From the NCBI RefSeq assembly GCF_964204645.1, contig NC_134028.1, positions 4,774,001-4,838,000 on the forward strand: 64,000 bases of DNA, written 5' to 3'. Positions within the stretch are counted from its first letter, which is position 1, and each line of letters begins with the position of its first letter. Shown piece after piece: positions 1-13,000 of the stretch. The stretch is from Tubulanus polymorphus. Lineage: Eukaryota > Animalia > Nemertea. The notes under the pieces were generated by a model. That model saw only the letters and a list, made by a program, of their open reading frames with translations, did no database searches and had not been told where the DNA came from. The position numbers and the translations under genes were made by a program.

Positions 1-109
1 CAGTTACATACATTTGCAATGCCTTATAGCACACAAAATAATATCAGGATTTAGGATAACGGTTCAGCATAAAATTACTGCGAAATGACTTGATCTCATT
101 AGTACTAAC

Positions 110-3100
110 CAGACTGACAGCCCAAGGTCCGAGATCCAGAAAACGACCGAGCAATTCTAACGCGCGTAAACGATGAACCTGACTCAGTAATACCTTTAAC
201 GAAATAAAATAACTAACTAGACTTAGGAAACCAAAGATCAGGAGCTGAAATACATCCATCATCCAGCAGGCAATATTGCTGTATGAATTTGATTTTTTGC
301 ACTAATTCTACCTGAAGCACGATAGGTAATTGTTCCGGTGGACTGCGAGCTTCTGAACCGTAAGATAGCCAAACCTGGAAAGCCGTTAATTGTTCAGCGA
401 AGAACGGACTGTGACGGAACGTAGCGCCTTCATCGAGTATAGCAGGAAGTTGTGACAAACACAGATCTAATGTTAAATCCCATGCTTGCCTAGAAAGAGA
501 AAATTAGAAATGAAAATATTCTCATCCGTATCATTGAAAAGCACAGGGTTCTTACAGATCAGGGAATCCAAAATTCAGTAATATTTTCCTGACCCTTGAC
601 CAAAATTACTTTGATTAAATCATAAAATATCCTCGATGGGACTGTTTCTTCTAAACGCTTCAATTTGCCACTCATCACCAGCAAAATTCCTTGATTTTAA
701 AGAAAGGTCAGAAGTCCCTGATTTTTCCTGATCTGTAAGGACCCTGAAAGCGTCTTATTGGCGTCACTTACCAAATAGAATGCTGATAAGTCGGTGGTAA
801 TTTCGGATTTGAAACCGGCGTACAGTTATATGAACGCATGATCCGTTCAGCAAGAAGGAAATTACGAAATAAACTCGCGACGAGTAAATCCTGACGGAAC
901 AATTTTTGAAACAAGTCTGAAATGATGAATGAAATGAATATCAATCGATAATAATCACAGATCTATCACACCCTGGACTGGGTGTGAAACGAACAGATCA
1001 TTTGACATTTCACCTCAATTCAGGTGAAAGTTAATATCATTCTGTTTTCATTTTCAGAACTCATAGAATAGAATTGATTCAAAATGTTACTTCTCTCTAA
1101 TTGTGAGTCTTTTCTTTCAAATGAATCAAAGATAGTCAATTATCAATTGAAACCAATATATTCAGTTATTTACCTCGAGGTAGAGTATTCCATGCTATCG
1201 TATCAGTGATAGCTGTAAATATCCAATTCAATTCTCCTAACATAGTACGTCTATCATTCAACTGTCCAGGTATCCTTCAAATACAACATATTTTTCATTT
1301 TTACCGACTAAGATCATCACATTATAGCAATTTCAGAGACTGCGATTATGGAGAAATTCACTTACTTTTCTATCAGCTCTAACGAGATTCCGGGAACCAA
1401 TTTCTTAGTGTTTTGTAAAACATACCTAGATTATAATGAGAAATCCAGGTAAAACTTCAATTTTGACAAAATTTAAAATAATTAGTTTTTAATTGTTTCT
1501 ATGCTGTATATTATCACTTATTCTGAATTAATCTCTTTGTTCTGTATTGTGTATATGTATCGCATAATTCTGTCATAACATCAATATTCCTGATAATGAC
1601 TATTAAGACAAGTTGAAACATTAAATCATTAACTTGAACTCATAGAAGCAAATCTGCCTCTCAGCGTGAGATTTTACTTTTCCCTAAGATTATTTCGACA
1701 AATTTTTCTGACCAAAGACTCACCAACGAAGAGCTATTTTAATCGGTGTAGTCAAACATGAAGTGAATAAATCTGCCGGTAATTCAGGATTCATCGGTAA
1801 TAATTCATTAGGACTACACGCTGCTAGCTGTATACAGTTCTTCACCGATACTGGTTGCGTTGTTTGACCATTTGTTCGATTGTTCATCATAGCCAACTAC
1901 AAAATATAATACTGGCATATTCTTACACAAATTCATTCATTTCAATTACAGTACAGGGTGTCGCCCTTTTCTTCACAAAATTTTCATTGATTAACAAATG
2001 TTTGGTCAGTAGCACTATCCATATTCCCAGAATTTTCCATTTCAAGATTTTTCTGACTCCCTGAGTTTTCCGTTTTCAGGTTTTTCAAGAAGTTGATTTT
2101 CTTAACTGACCTCTATTTCTTGTTCTCGTTGGAGTTGAAATTGTTTGAATGATTCTATAATAACTCCAGCATTGGAGCAGTCGTAAACGTAAATAGACGG
2201 ACACAACATCCACGTCTGTAGATCATACACCGACAGCGGTATATACTGTGTATACGTCTACAAAATAGACAATACATGCCATAATAAATCGCAGGTAATT
2301 TTTATCCTGATATCATGATTATGTGGAAATTCACTGTATACCTTATTGAATACCCAAATTTCACCATTCATTGTTGGTTTTGGAACACCGTGTCCATTAT
2401 AATGGAATAGAACTCTTTCTTCCTGTAAAAACCAAACCCATAGGATTTGTATATTTCATCAATCAGCTAGGACGGCATTGGAGCCAGGGCTTGGATTGGG
2501 CTCGAGATACTTATTTCAAATACCTTTGCATTTCTGCGTAACGACGTACAGAGTTTTTTCACCTCTTCGACAGTCGGGTCGAGACTCTGTTTATATCGAG
2601 CTCGTGGCTGCCATCTTTCATATTGTTTTTGTAAATTTGCGCCGATCGCTTCTAATGATTTCTGAGGACTCATCGACAGTGGGTCTAAAACATATACAAA
2701 TACATATGTAGGCCTACAGTCTGTGAGACTTCAGACTCATTCAGTGTTCTTACATATTGGGAAATCCAGAAATTCCCTGATATTTCCTTGAAATTCCCAG
2801 AATAAACTAGTATTCTCTTGATTATCATACGATATCCTCAGTAGAGTGCGGGCTGTTTGTTTTCAAGAGTTTCCTTGTGCCACTCTTCACTCATCACTTA
2901 TTCCTGATATTCCCCGCGGGAAAAACCAAATCCGAAATTCTTTGATATGTAAAAACCTTAAGGATTAGTCACCTCTTACCTATCCAACATTCCATACGAG
3001 CACATGGAGAGGTTTTAACCACATCTGGAGGATCAACTCCAACGTTTAAACATAAAACTAGCGCCACGCTTACCGTCTTCATCTACAATACAACAAAACC

Positions 3101-3481
3101 ATTTCAATCATGCAATTTCAATTGCGCAGTTTTGTACAGTAATATTTCAAACCTAGGTGGATTAGAGCAGAAGGGTCAATCATTCCGAATCTGAGTAAGT
3201 CAGGGCCGGGTTTCAATAAATAACTCGGAACTTACCCGATCTTTCATACGCCACGAATGCGTCAATGTTTTTATACCCTCAATTTTTTCTAAATGACGTT
3301 TCGAGGTGAACGCGTTAAATAACTTCCAATCGGATTCGGGAGAATCGTTATCTTCAATGACCGAATCGGGATGCTGTTCAACGGCGGACATAGATCGAGG
3401 AGATGAGGAAGCAGCGATTTCTCTTGTTTCAATAGATTCAGTCGCCTCCTCAGCGACATAATGAGAATCAACAGCATTCAT
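110..3481 (-). CDS. RPTOR: Regulatory-associated protein of mTOR (Raptor), 5' exons covering the RNC domain; gene continues beyond the left edge
   Basis: Spliced minus-strand exons from ATG 3481: ...THSWRMKDR (3236-3481), [34 protein letters not shown] (2980-3082), [57 protein letters not shown]...[38 protein letters not shown] (110-194). These are diagnostic Raptor sequences. Confidence 0.98.
544..746. mobile_element. ~200 bp MITE with CAGGG termini (hAT-like) in a RPTOR intron
   Basis: Left end cagggttcttacagatcagg; right end cctgatctgtaaggaccctg is its reverse complement with 1 mismatch. Related degenerate copies near 2745, 34360 and 58240-58570. Confidence 0.7.
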
Positions 3482-3891
3482 TATGACTACAGATCAGTGA
3501 GTTCTAATTGGGAGACGACACAATATGTCATGACATAAAACAGCAGGCGAATAAAACAATTTTTTATGATTGGGATTCGCAATTCCAGTTTAGAAGTGGC
3601 GTGAAGAGATCGCCATGTTTTACTATGTCGCAACGATTCGTGAAGATATCAACTCGTTTGTTGCGGCTGTAATCGAAGATTTTGAAAGGTATATGTTAAA
3701 AATTCCTCTCCTGCTTAATTCATTTCGTTTTATTTCTCATTTCACTAGACAACGAAACCTATGGAAAGCCTATGGAAAATACATATTTCTTCTATCACAT
3801 AATTTTATGTGACAGGTTTGAAAGCGCGCCTAGCGGCGGTTCCAAGAATCATCCTAAACATATACACTTGCATACATGTACATGTACAAAA
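3482..3891. promoter_or_regulatory. Putative bidirectional promoter RPTOR/COX19
   Basis: The divergent start codons at 3481 (-) and 3892 (+) are only ~410 bp apart. Confidence 0.6.
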
Positions 3892-4489
3892 ATGTCCACT
3901 GGAATCACATTCAATCAGAAAAGATTTCAGACCAAGCCTCCAGATAAAGGAAGCTTTCCGTTAGATCATGATGGTAATGTATGATTCACAATTGATTTCA
4001 TAATTTGATATCTACTGATAACTTTTTTTCTAAATCTGACTGAAAATATTATTTCACACGTTCTAGTTCAGGGGGATCTCATTTCAGATTCATCTTTTTT
4101 CATTTATGGATAGAGTCAGGGTTTATTCGCATGGCCACAGTCCGGTTACTGGAAATGCTATCCTAATCTGCGACCTACATTTGGATAAGGGTCGAAGAGA
4201 AACACTTCGATTTATCATTATTTTCATTTCAGGTGAATGCAAACTGTTTATGATGAAATATATGAGATGTTTACGTGAGAATGAAATGCAAAATTCAAGT
4301 TGTCGCGAACAATCGAAAGACTATTTACAATGTAGAATGGACCGGTAAGTGTCTGTCCTTCTTCAATTCATATCCAAGCTGTTGCAGCTTTTGTTTGATA
4401 TGTTATTTCGTGATTTCAGTAATCTGATGAAAAAAGAAGATTTCAGTAAATTAGGATTTACTCCAGAGGAAGATCTGAAGAAATCCTGA
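3892..4489 (+). CDS. COX19: Cytochrome c oxidase assembly protein COX19 (twin CX9C); exons 3892-3973, 4233-4344, 4420-4489
   Basis: [78 protein letters not shown]...; the [11 protein letters not shown] and twin CX9C motifs are present and the splice phases are compatible. Confidence 0.97.
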
Positions 4490-4624
4490 CCGAAGTAATT
4501 AATGGTTATTTTTCAATTTATGAAAGTGTTTGTATATGTTTGTATTATAGATATGTTAAATGTAAAATAAACAGAGTTTTCATTAAATTAAAGTCTGTAA
4601 ATTAGTTACATGTGTTTTGACTAT

Positions 4625-4853
4625 CATGAGAGCGAAGGGTTCTCTTGCTCATATCATTCAGCATGGCTCTGTAGGAGGCAGGAGAACGAGGGGCCACCCA
4701 TGCTGAATACGGCTGGATGAAATTAAGGAGTGCACCGGAATAAGCCTTGGCCCATTACTCTGGCTAGCACAGCGTTCTGAGTCGAGGAAAGCTGTGTGGA
4801 GAACTGTGTTGCCTCAATGGCCACCCGGCCGAGCTAAGATGCATGATGATGAT
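4625..4853 (+). mobile_element. 3' fragment of an RTE-clade non-LTR retrotransposon (degenerate)
   Basis: Translates as IIQHGSVGGRRTRGHPC*IRLDEIKECTG...RKAVWRTV, resembling the RTE ORF C-terminus (GxRxRGRPxxxWxDxIxxxTG), and ends in a (GAT)n tail; contains an in-frame stop. Confidence 0.75.
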
Positions 4854-5187
4854 GTCTGTCTCAAGTGGTTGCATAGAAATGACAATTCTCATGGTACTTT
4901 TTATTTAAGATATAATCCTCGCTCTCAGTAAGGCAGGTTTTGATTGGTCTCTACTGGTTCCGTAATCCTCTCCTGTAGTATTTATTTTGATCAGAATACA
5001 CCCATTGTAGCATATAACCTGTAAACCTGATAGAAGCAGCCAATAGAGTAGGAATCCCCATTCCTAAACCTCACTACAGTACATTCATTCCATCATCAGA
5101 GAAATCCAAAATATCACAACAATTTTTATAATTTAAATTCGCACTGATATTTTAATTAATTAATTTGATACATGTTAAAAAGTTTGA

Positions 5188-6659
5188 TCACCATCTGAAA
5201 TGAGCGTAAGCCCGATTAGCTTCACATTGTCTGTGTAAATCTTGCTTTTTCCTGACGCTTCGACCCTGAAAAACATTCACAATTAAATACATTACAAAAA
5301 CATCCACTGCATGAAAATAGTCAAACACTGGTCATTTCGTACCTCATTTTTGGCAGCCTCTAAAAGTTCCCAGGCCAGCTTATCGTGGAATCTGGTATTT
5401 CTATCCTTATCTTTACTCGATTCAATAATCCAGTTTATCGATTTAAAAGTTTGGAGCTTTTGCGGACAGGCGACTGGAACCTGAATCATAGGAAAATAAA
5501 TCAATGAGATACTGGTGGCACATACCAGAGGGCGCAATGCACTGCGTAATACATATTTTTCAATTCACACTCTAATTCAAATATCGTGCGTATTTCTATT
5601 ACTGACTTTTCCAATTTTCCAGTGCATAGAATAGATTTCACTGAACGTTGCTTTACTAATGAGAAAAGGTGATCAAAATTTAATTGAAAAGTAGAAGTTT
5701 TCGAAGCGTAGAACCACTAGTGACACCTGGTGGGGTGGTGTTTTACCTCGTATACGACTCCACCTTTCATTACTTTCATCAGTCTTAAAGCAGGTCGACA
5801 ATTCTCCACCGCCTCATAAAGTATTTTTACAGGATTCAGTTCTATCTGTTCCCTTTCTTCATCCGTCGTACATTTGTGATATTTTTCTATTTGTATCCTT
5901 TTTATATTTTCGAAAGCCTGAAGAAAATTATGGATGCTGATATTAGTGTATGGTCTGATTCAGGTTTCAATCATTTGCCTGTACCCACCCTGCTCAGATA
6001 TTTGGTCAAGTCTGGATGATCTGATTGAAAGTGCAAGGTGTGGGGGATACAGACAGCAGATTTCTAGCACTGAATTCTCATAACTTGCGTGAATACCTTA
6101 GACATTAAACTTCGAGCCAGTAATTTTCTTCCCTTTCTCATCACAATATTAGTGAATTTTCTTAAAACAGAATAGAACAAACATTTATGGAACAGTAGAA
6201 CATTTTACATGATCTTAATAAACGGAAGGTGTATTTACTTAACAAGAAGATCATCGTAAAATCCTGTGTGTTCATCTATTTTAGCTGCTTCGATTGGGCT
6301 GAAATTCCTGATGTCATCTTCAGGAGGAAGTTGTTCGAGGTCTATTTTACTGACGGTTGGAGGTTGATATTTAGGGCTGTATATTCGCCAGCGAACCTGC
6401 TCATAACTAAACAATAAAACATCAATATTAATCAATCACTGCCCAGCATGCCGTGTTGTGATGTTATACTTTGTTCACTGACACTGTAAACGATGTATGG
6501 GTCCGTATAAAGGTAAAGCAGTCAACAAGAAAAGTCTTAGTTGTTATACCTTGGCTTTACTGTTGATCTCTCATTTTGTAGAATTCCGCAACTATAAATA
6601 ACTGGAGTAATCTGTTTTATGTAAGCATATCTCGTCAGTCTTCTTAAAGAAAACGCCAT
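5188..6659 (-). CDS. MRPS7: Mitochondrial ribosomal protein S7 (uS7m), 6 exons
   Basis: ATG 6659 MAFSLRRLTRY (basic transit-peptide-like start); KFTNIVMRKGKK; AFENIKRIQIEKYH...KGGVVYE; VPVACP...KLAWELLEAAKNE; GRSVRKKQDLHRQCEANRAYAHFRW* (TGA 5188-5190). Confidence 0.96.
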
Positions 6660-7042
6660 ATTTCAGCCTGGTTGCCGATAATGCCGTGGTCAGGTCACTG
6701 GTTGGTGTGGTTGGTGGGGCGGATGACGTTCCACTTCACACGCCGATTTCACTATTGTTTGCAGGTTTCAAGTGATGCTTTTTCTTGCAAAAGTAAATAT
6801 GAACATCAGAGATTCACTGACCAGTCTTAGAAAACGGAATCCAACTATTTTTTATGCTTTAAATAGGGGAAAGACGAAAAAATCGGCAGAAAAAAAGAAT
6901 TACGGGCAACGACCTTGAAATAAAGAGTCGAAAGCAAAAATTAATTATTTACCGAAATTAGCGGACTGTAAACCGGACAAATTATGGCTCTAACAACGAC
7001 GGCGCGTTCTTAGTAACGGGTCTCAATAATCGTGGTTTCGAA

Positions 7043-10000
7043 ATGGGTAAATTAGTAAATGGCTAGAAACAATTATTTTTACATACATATTCAAATATTA
7101 CTAATAGTTATAGTTAGATTTACAAGTAGGGAGTCACTTCGAACTCCGACTGGACGTCGTGTTTCGCTTTCATCCTCAGCGCCGGCCGGACTGTGCACCG
7201 GCCCTTCAAAGTTGAACGGTCAGATTCACTGATAGCACTAAGGCTTTCTTATCAGAACCATTGATAAGAATAAAAAATGATCCATCATAAAGAGAAAACT
7301 ATAAAACAAAAGACAGGACTACCTATTGTCCTTAATCATCCATCCAAAAATGTCATTATTTTATTGCTAAAGTGAATTAAAGATTCTGTAATAATGAGTC
7401 ATTTGAACGGTCCATTTGGTGGCTTAGTCCAATATAGTCAGTAACCTGTCTGTGGTTTAGTTTCACGATCGGATATTTTCACAAACCACATAATATAAGC
7501 CCATCCGATTATAAAAAGCTTACCACCAACGATTAGGTAACTAACTAAGTCCAATGGTAAGGACATGTCCCCCACATGTCTGATTCTTCCCCTAAGGTTT
7601 GTCCTCCAACCTTTGATGATCACAATTCACACAAATTAATTACTGATTAATTAATGTTCTTATAGGTAAAACAAAAAATGCTGCAACAAAAACCGAGAAA
7701 GGTATGATTCACAAGATTGTCCTCTAATTAAACACTGACCGGTATTTTGTATCTAACGATTTTTTATTTAAACAGAAGTGGTTCGGTACCAGAATCTGGA
7801 TAGGAAATTAATGTTTCATGTGAGAGGTGTAGTTCCTTTGGTAAGGCAAAAAAATATACAATTCAGACAAATCTTAAGAGTAGAAATTGATGAAATATAT
7901 ATAATTGGAATTAGTTAATGATCTATCTTGTATGTAGGCTATGAGCTGTTCACATGGGGATTGGATATCTTTCTTGAACTCCTCAATTTTTTTCTTTTGT
8001 TTAAAGAGTGCTGTTTCCAGTTTTGCTTCATCGTATGAATCGACATCAATAGAAGAAATACATTTTCCAGCTGAGAGTCATATAACTGATGCTGTTATTG
8101 AAATTCTATCACAACAAAAGGTATTCTTCTGAATTCTAATCTTAAGGTGTCTTTACTTGCGCAATTGTTTTGGTAATCCATCGCGCAATCTGCAGGAGTT
8201 TAAGGTTATGCTATGTTTTTATATTAGGAAGTCTTTTTTTCTCATGAATTTGTAGTTGGATTGGAGTGAATTAAGATACGTGAATCTTGGAGGATGTTTA
8301 AGTCTGACTGAATATGGAATAAATTGCCTGTGTGATATTCTCTGCCAATCCAATCAGCTAGAAACGGTATGTACAACTTAACTCCATAAGCAAACTAATT
8401 AAAAGCAAGTAAGTTAACAATATGTTAGATTAGCTAGTATGCTTAAGGAGTTAAGTTGATAATGATGTGATGATTATTTCTTTAAAAAGTTCCCTTTACA
8501 TTAAAACAATCTCAAAGATCTTTAAAACATTTAAGTTACTGAATAAGTTCAAGTTAGATCAGGAGCTGTACGGATTGTATGATTATTATTTGATCTGATC
8601 TGATCATCTGATTAATTTTCACTTTATTTCAGGTTGATTTGAAACATTTCCAACGCATCAGTGATAAAACACTGATTAAAATAGCAGCCAGTGTCACTAG
8701 TGATTATATCAATGTATTGATAGATGGTACAGATATAACTCATATTCCTCCAGATATCAATAGATATAATCTGTTAAATCTACAATTCAATCATTGCCCG
8801 ATATTGTCGCCTTCTGATGGTAAGTTTTTCAGTAAAAGATTTTAACCAGCTAATCAGAAAATATTGGTAAATGGTAAATTTATGTTTTTTAATATTTTAG
8901 GTGAATTGGAATTGTTCCATGTTCCGTATAGTCATGTGATTATTTGCCCATCAGATGAACTGGAATACAGTGTTACTGATTACCTGACTACTGGCGAATT
9001 AAATACAATCCAAGATGTCGGCTACGCTCGAGATTTCATCATTAGCGAACAACACCTGACACTAACAGAACTTAAACTTCATCATGTAAGAATCACTTAC
9101 GTATAAATGAACTAGATGAAAATCAACTTTATACAAATTAAAAGGATTATAAATGAAATTGATTCATTAAGAATTACAATCAAAGATTAAATGACACGTT
9201 TCAGACTCAGTTTCGGAACGTACTTTTATTTCAATTCTTCATGAATTGAAATTTTGTTTTTAAATCTTTCAAATTTATATATGCCGGTTGATTATCTATT
9301 CTCCATGTCTGAGTGTACGGGAGCTATAGAAACTGACGTTTTGATGCAGTTTAGATGTTTATAATCGTTTCAGCCTTGGTTTGAATATCTGTCTCCCAGA
9401 CGACCTTCTCAAGTTATTATTCCATTCGATTCATCGTTAAAGGAAAGTGAAATAAATGAACACATTCAAAAAGTCGTCCATCACTTCATTACTAAAGTAA
9501 GTTCTGTAGAGGAGCCGTGTGAACTTGATGTCAAATCAGTAAATTTTAAGACTATGCACTAGTAGGGAAAGCTGGTATTTCTAATGAAATCAGGTTAACT
9601 AATAACGTACTATGCTAGCTATCTTCTCATTAACTGAAAAAATTCTGTACATATTGCAAAATGTTTTATGTCTAAACATTTTTGAATGTGTTAAATGAAC
9701 ATGTTTGTAATTACAGGGTCCAGTTCTATCGGATGTTCAGTTGATGTATGGAGTTAAAGTGTTTGAACTAAGGAACTGCAGTGTGGTTGATGATTTAATC
9801 AAGTAAAACATACATTCTCATTCTTTCAACCTAATTCATTGTAAGTATAAGTAATCTGTGATTTTTTTTAATCGAAGGTTTGAAGATGATGGTGAAATTG
9901 TGATCGATTATGAATTGGATTTAGAGAATAAGAATCGTAAATGGCATGTGAAATTAGAAAGTTGTGATAGAGAAGAAACTGCTGCAAAATTCTATTTGTA

Positions 10001-13000
10001 TGTGATGAAAAATGGAAAACCTGACAAGTGAGTCACAGTGTTCCCTTTCAGTTTTTCACATGTTAAATTTCACTCATTGCTGTCTCATTGCGATTCTATT
10101 ATTGATCCTAGTTCAAAAAGTAGTTCTTGTTTTTATCTGTGAAATTCGCTCAAAATTTCAGGATCTCTGGAATGTCTCTGGATATGAGAACTAGCGATGA
10201 AATCATATTCAGTTTTGATGAAGAATCCGATGAAGCCATTTTAACAGTTGTAAACAGAGGAAAAATCTACACGGTAAAAACCACCAGAACCTGATGATGA
10301 TAGATGTTTGTTTACGCTTAAAGCCCAGCAAAAAATGTTCCACTATAGGGATAGTGAGGTCATGATGTGACACGCAGTATCTTCATATAAAACCAGAGTG
10401 ACAAATAAGACCAAACGTCTTCAATTTGTATTTGTTAGGGTGGTAGATTGAACCTTCTATCCAAAAAAATATGTTCTCTATTCACTATAGAGAGGTTTTC
10501 ATTACAGGGAGGTACTGTACTGATGTATGTACAGTATTTCAGATAGGAAAATTTTTGGATTGAGTGAATGTTGTTTACTGAACGAGTTTTACTGTGTGTA
10601 TACATTATTTCAGGAATCTATTAAAGATGCTGATGATGAAAAGATTTATCCAGGTTTGTCTGTGAAACGAGCTTGTACTCTTAGAGCCATGACCCTGTCA
10701 CCCATTGTACAAAAACCAGTAAGTTCAATTCCGAGTATTCTAATTGATTATTCGATTTCATCTTGATTTTACAAGAAACTTAAATCTCTCTCCCTCCGTC
10801 TGTTTTAGGCTGAGAATGAATCGTTGTGGTCCGGATATAAATTCATGTTAGTTCCGGTGATAACGAATGGAGACAATTCTAAAACAAAAATGTCACATCA
10901 CAGCAACATAGACTGGGAACCTTACATTGATCAACTTACAAAATATATTGATCTACAAAAAAGGTGATAGTTTACATGTGAATGAGGGGATGGGGTTTAG
11001 AGGAGGTGGTGTTTGAAATTGTCGTGAATTAACTGTGATTCATTGATTTGTAGTGAAATGAGTAATGATCGATTAAACCAGATTCAACTCAGTGAAGCTC
11101 TTAAACAGAGAAGTAACATCATTCACTTCGAACGAGACTTGAATTCATTCTTCTCGCAAGAACTTGATTTTAAAACCGGTGTCGTAAGTTATTAACTTCT
11201 CAAATAGACCGAATATCAGTAATCTTTTATGATTTGGAGGAAAAAAAGGGTGATCTGGCTCTGTTTTCAGGGTCGAGATGAAATTCTGCAGAAACTCGCG
11301 AGCAATGCGCGTTTAGATCAGAAAACAACACCTTACAAACATCAAGTCAGTTCTGATACTTACACAGCTCTTACACAAATGATCAACGGAATGAATCAGA
11401 GGTCATCATGGTTAACAAAACTAGATGAATTCACAGAGAATCCGACCAGTGAATTCGCTGCTAATAAAATCAATCATCCTCACAAGTGGAAGTTGGTTGA
11501 GTTGTTACAAGAATGGGTAAGCAGTGTCTAACAATCAACGTTGAATTGACTCAACCTGGCTTTAACTCTTGTATCTCTCTCTCTCTCTGTATTTCTAGGG
11601 ACTGTGTTTATTGCTGCCGTATAAAGGTCTCACTCTAATTATCACTGATCCGAAGAAGTTTTACTCTACGCTGAACAGTCTCAGTATCCTCGACGAAATC
11701 CCTCACGCCGATATCAGTTGTTTACCTGATAATGTGAAGGGAATCACAAACAGTAGAATGTTTCAACTGCTTGTGGATATCGGCTCGTCCAAACTCACTC
11801 AGGTAATGACAATTCATTGATGACAATTCATTAAAAGAGCGAAACATGAATGCTTAATGTTATTCGCTGAATCAGTTAATCTGAGGCTGTTTTTTCTATA
11901 ACCAATACTATCAGACCACTAGAACTGTGGAACTGGGTCCAACTTAAATGATAAAACCTTAGATTAGATGTAGTCTTAAAAAGCAACAACTTGTGGAATG
12001 TTATCTAAATTTCATGATGTAAGATGCGTATTGGTCCAATTAGAAATCATCTCAGTATTTGTATGTTACATACAGGAATTACTTGTATTTTCATTGCTTT
12101 CTCTGATGTTGTAGGCTGTTGCTGACACTCTATCCTATATAGGACCACTAATGGCTTTACCTTGTCTCTGTACATCTGAAGATGATGTTAAATACATCTG
12201 GACAACTGTAAAACATATCACTGAACCTGTTGTATCCATTGTATGTTTCATCAATTATTTCAACGTAAAAATCTTCTTAAATTAACTTGAAAATGAAGAA
12301 AATTGTGTTGTTTTACAGGAAAAATATCGAAATGTGGATAAAAGTGAGAATATTTCCACTAAGTCTTCAACATACTCGCTGTATGGATCAATTCCACTTA
12401 CTTTCATGACTTCTTTGACGACACTGGTCTCGAATTTCTTCCAATTCACTGTTGTATGGAATAGTGGATATGTTATTCATATAGGAGCAATGGAAGTGTT
12501 CGTTATTCAAAATGGTGAGATTTCTTTTTTCTCTTAGGAATATCAACATGTGTCCATGTTGGGCCTGGTTTCATAGACTGAGTAGAAAGTTACCTCTATG
12601 TATAAATCATTAACCTATGGGCTCTGAAACAATATATATGATGGATCTATGAATTCAAGTGGCAATATTGAGGCTATGCTGTGTATAAGATGCAGTAAAT
12701 TTTGTGAATTTCAGATGGAGAAATCTCTATTCAAGTTTCAACTGCTGATCTCAGTGCGAATATTGATGATGAAAATATGAAGATGAAAGAAATGAAATTG
12801 ATTGAAAGACAGTTAAACAGTTTACTGTTTATAAATATTGAATTAGTCGAGTTCGTACTTCTAAAAGCTGGAATATTCTTCAAAGCCACGAAATTCCTCG
12901 GCAATGACAAAGTTTGTGAGTTCGATTTATTTGTTTTTCCCCATAAAATTATTACATAACTGCTTATTTAGGAAATATCATGAGATGAAAATATTTCAGC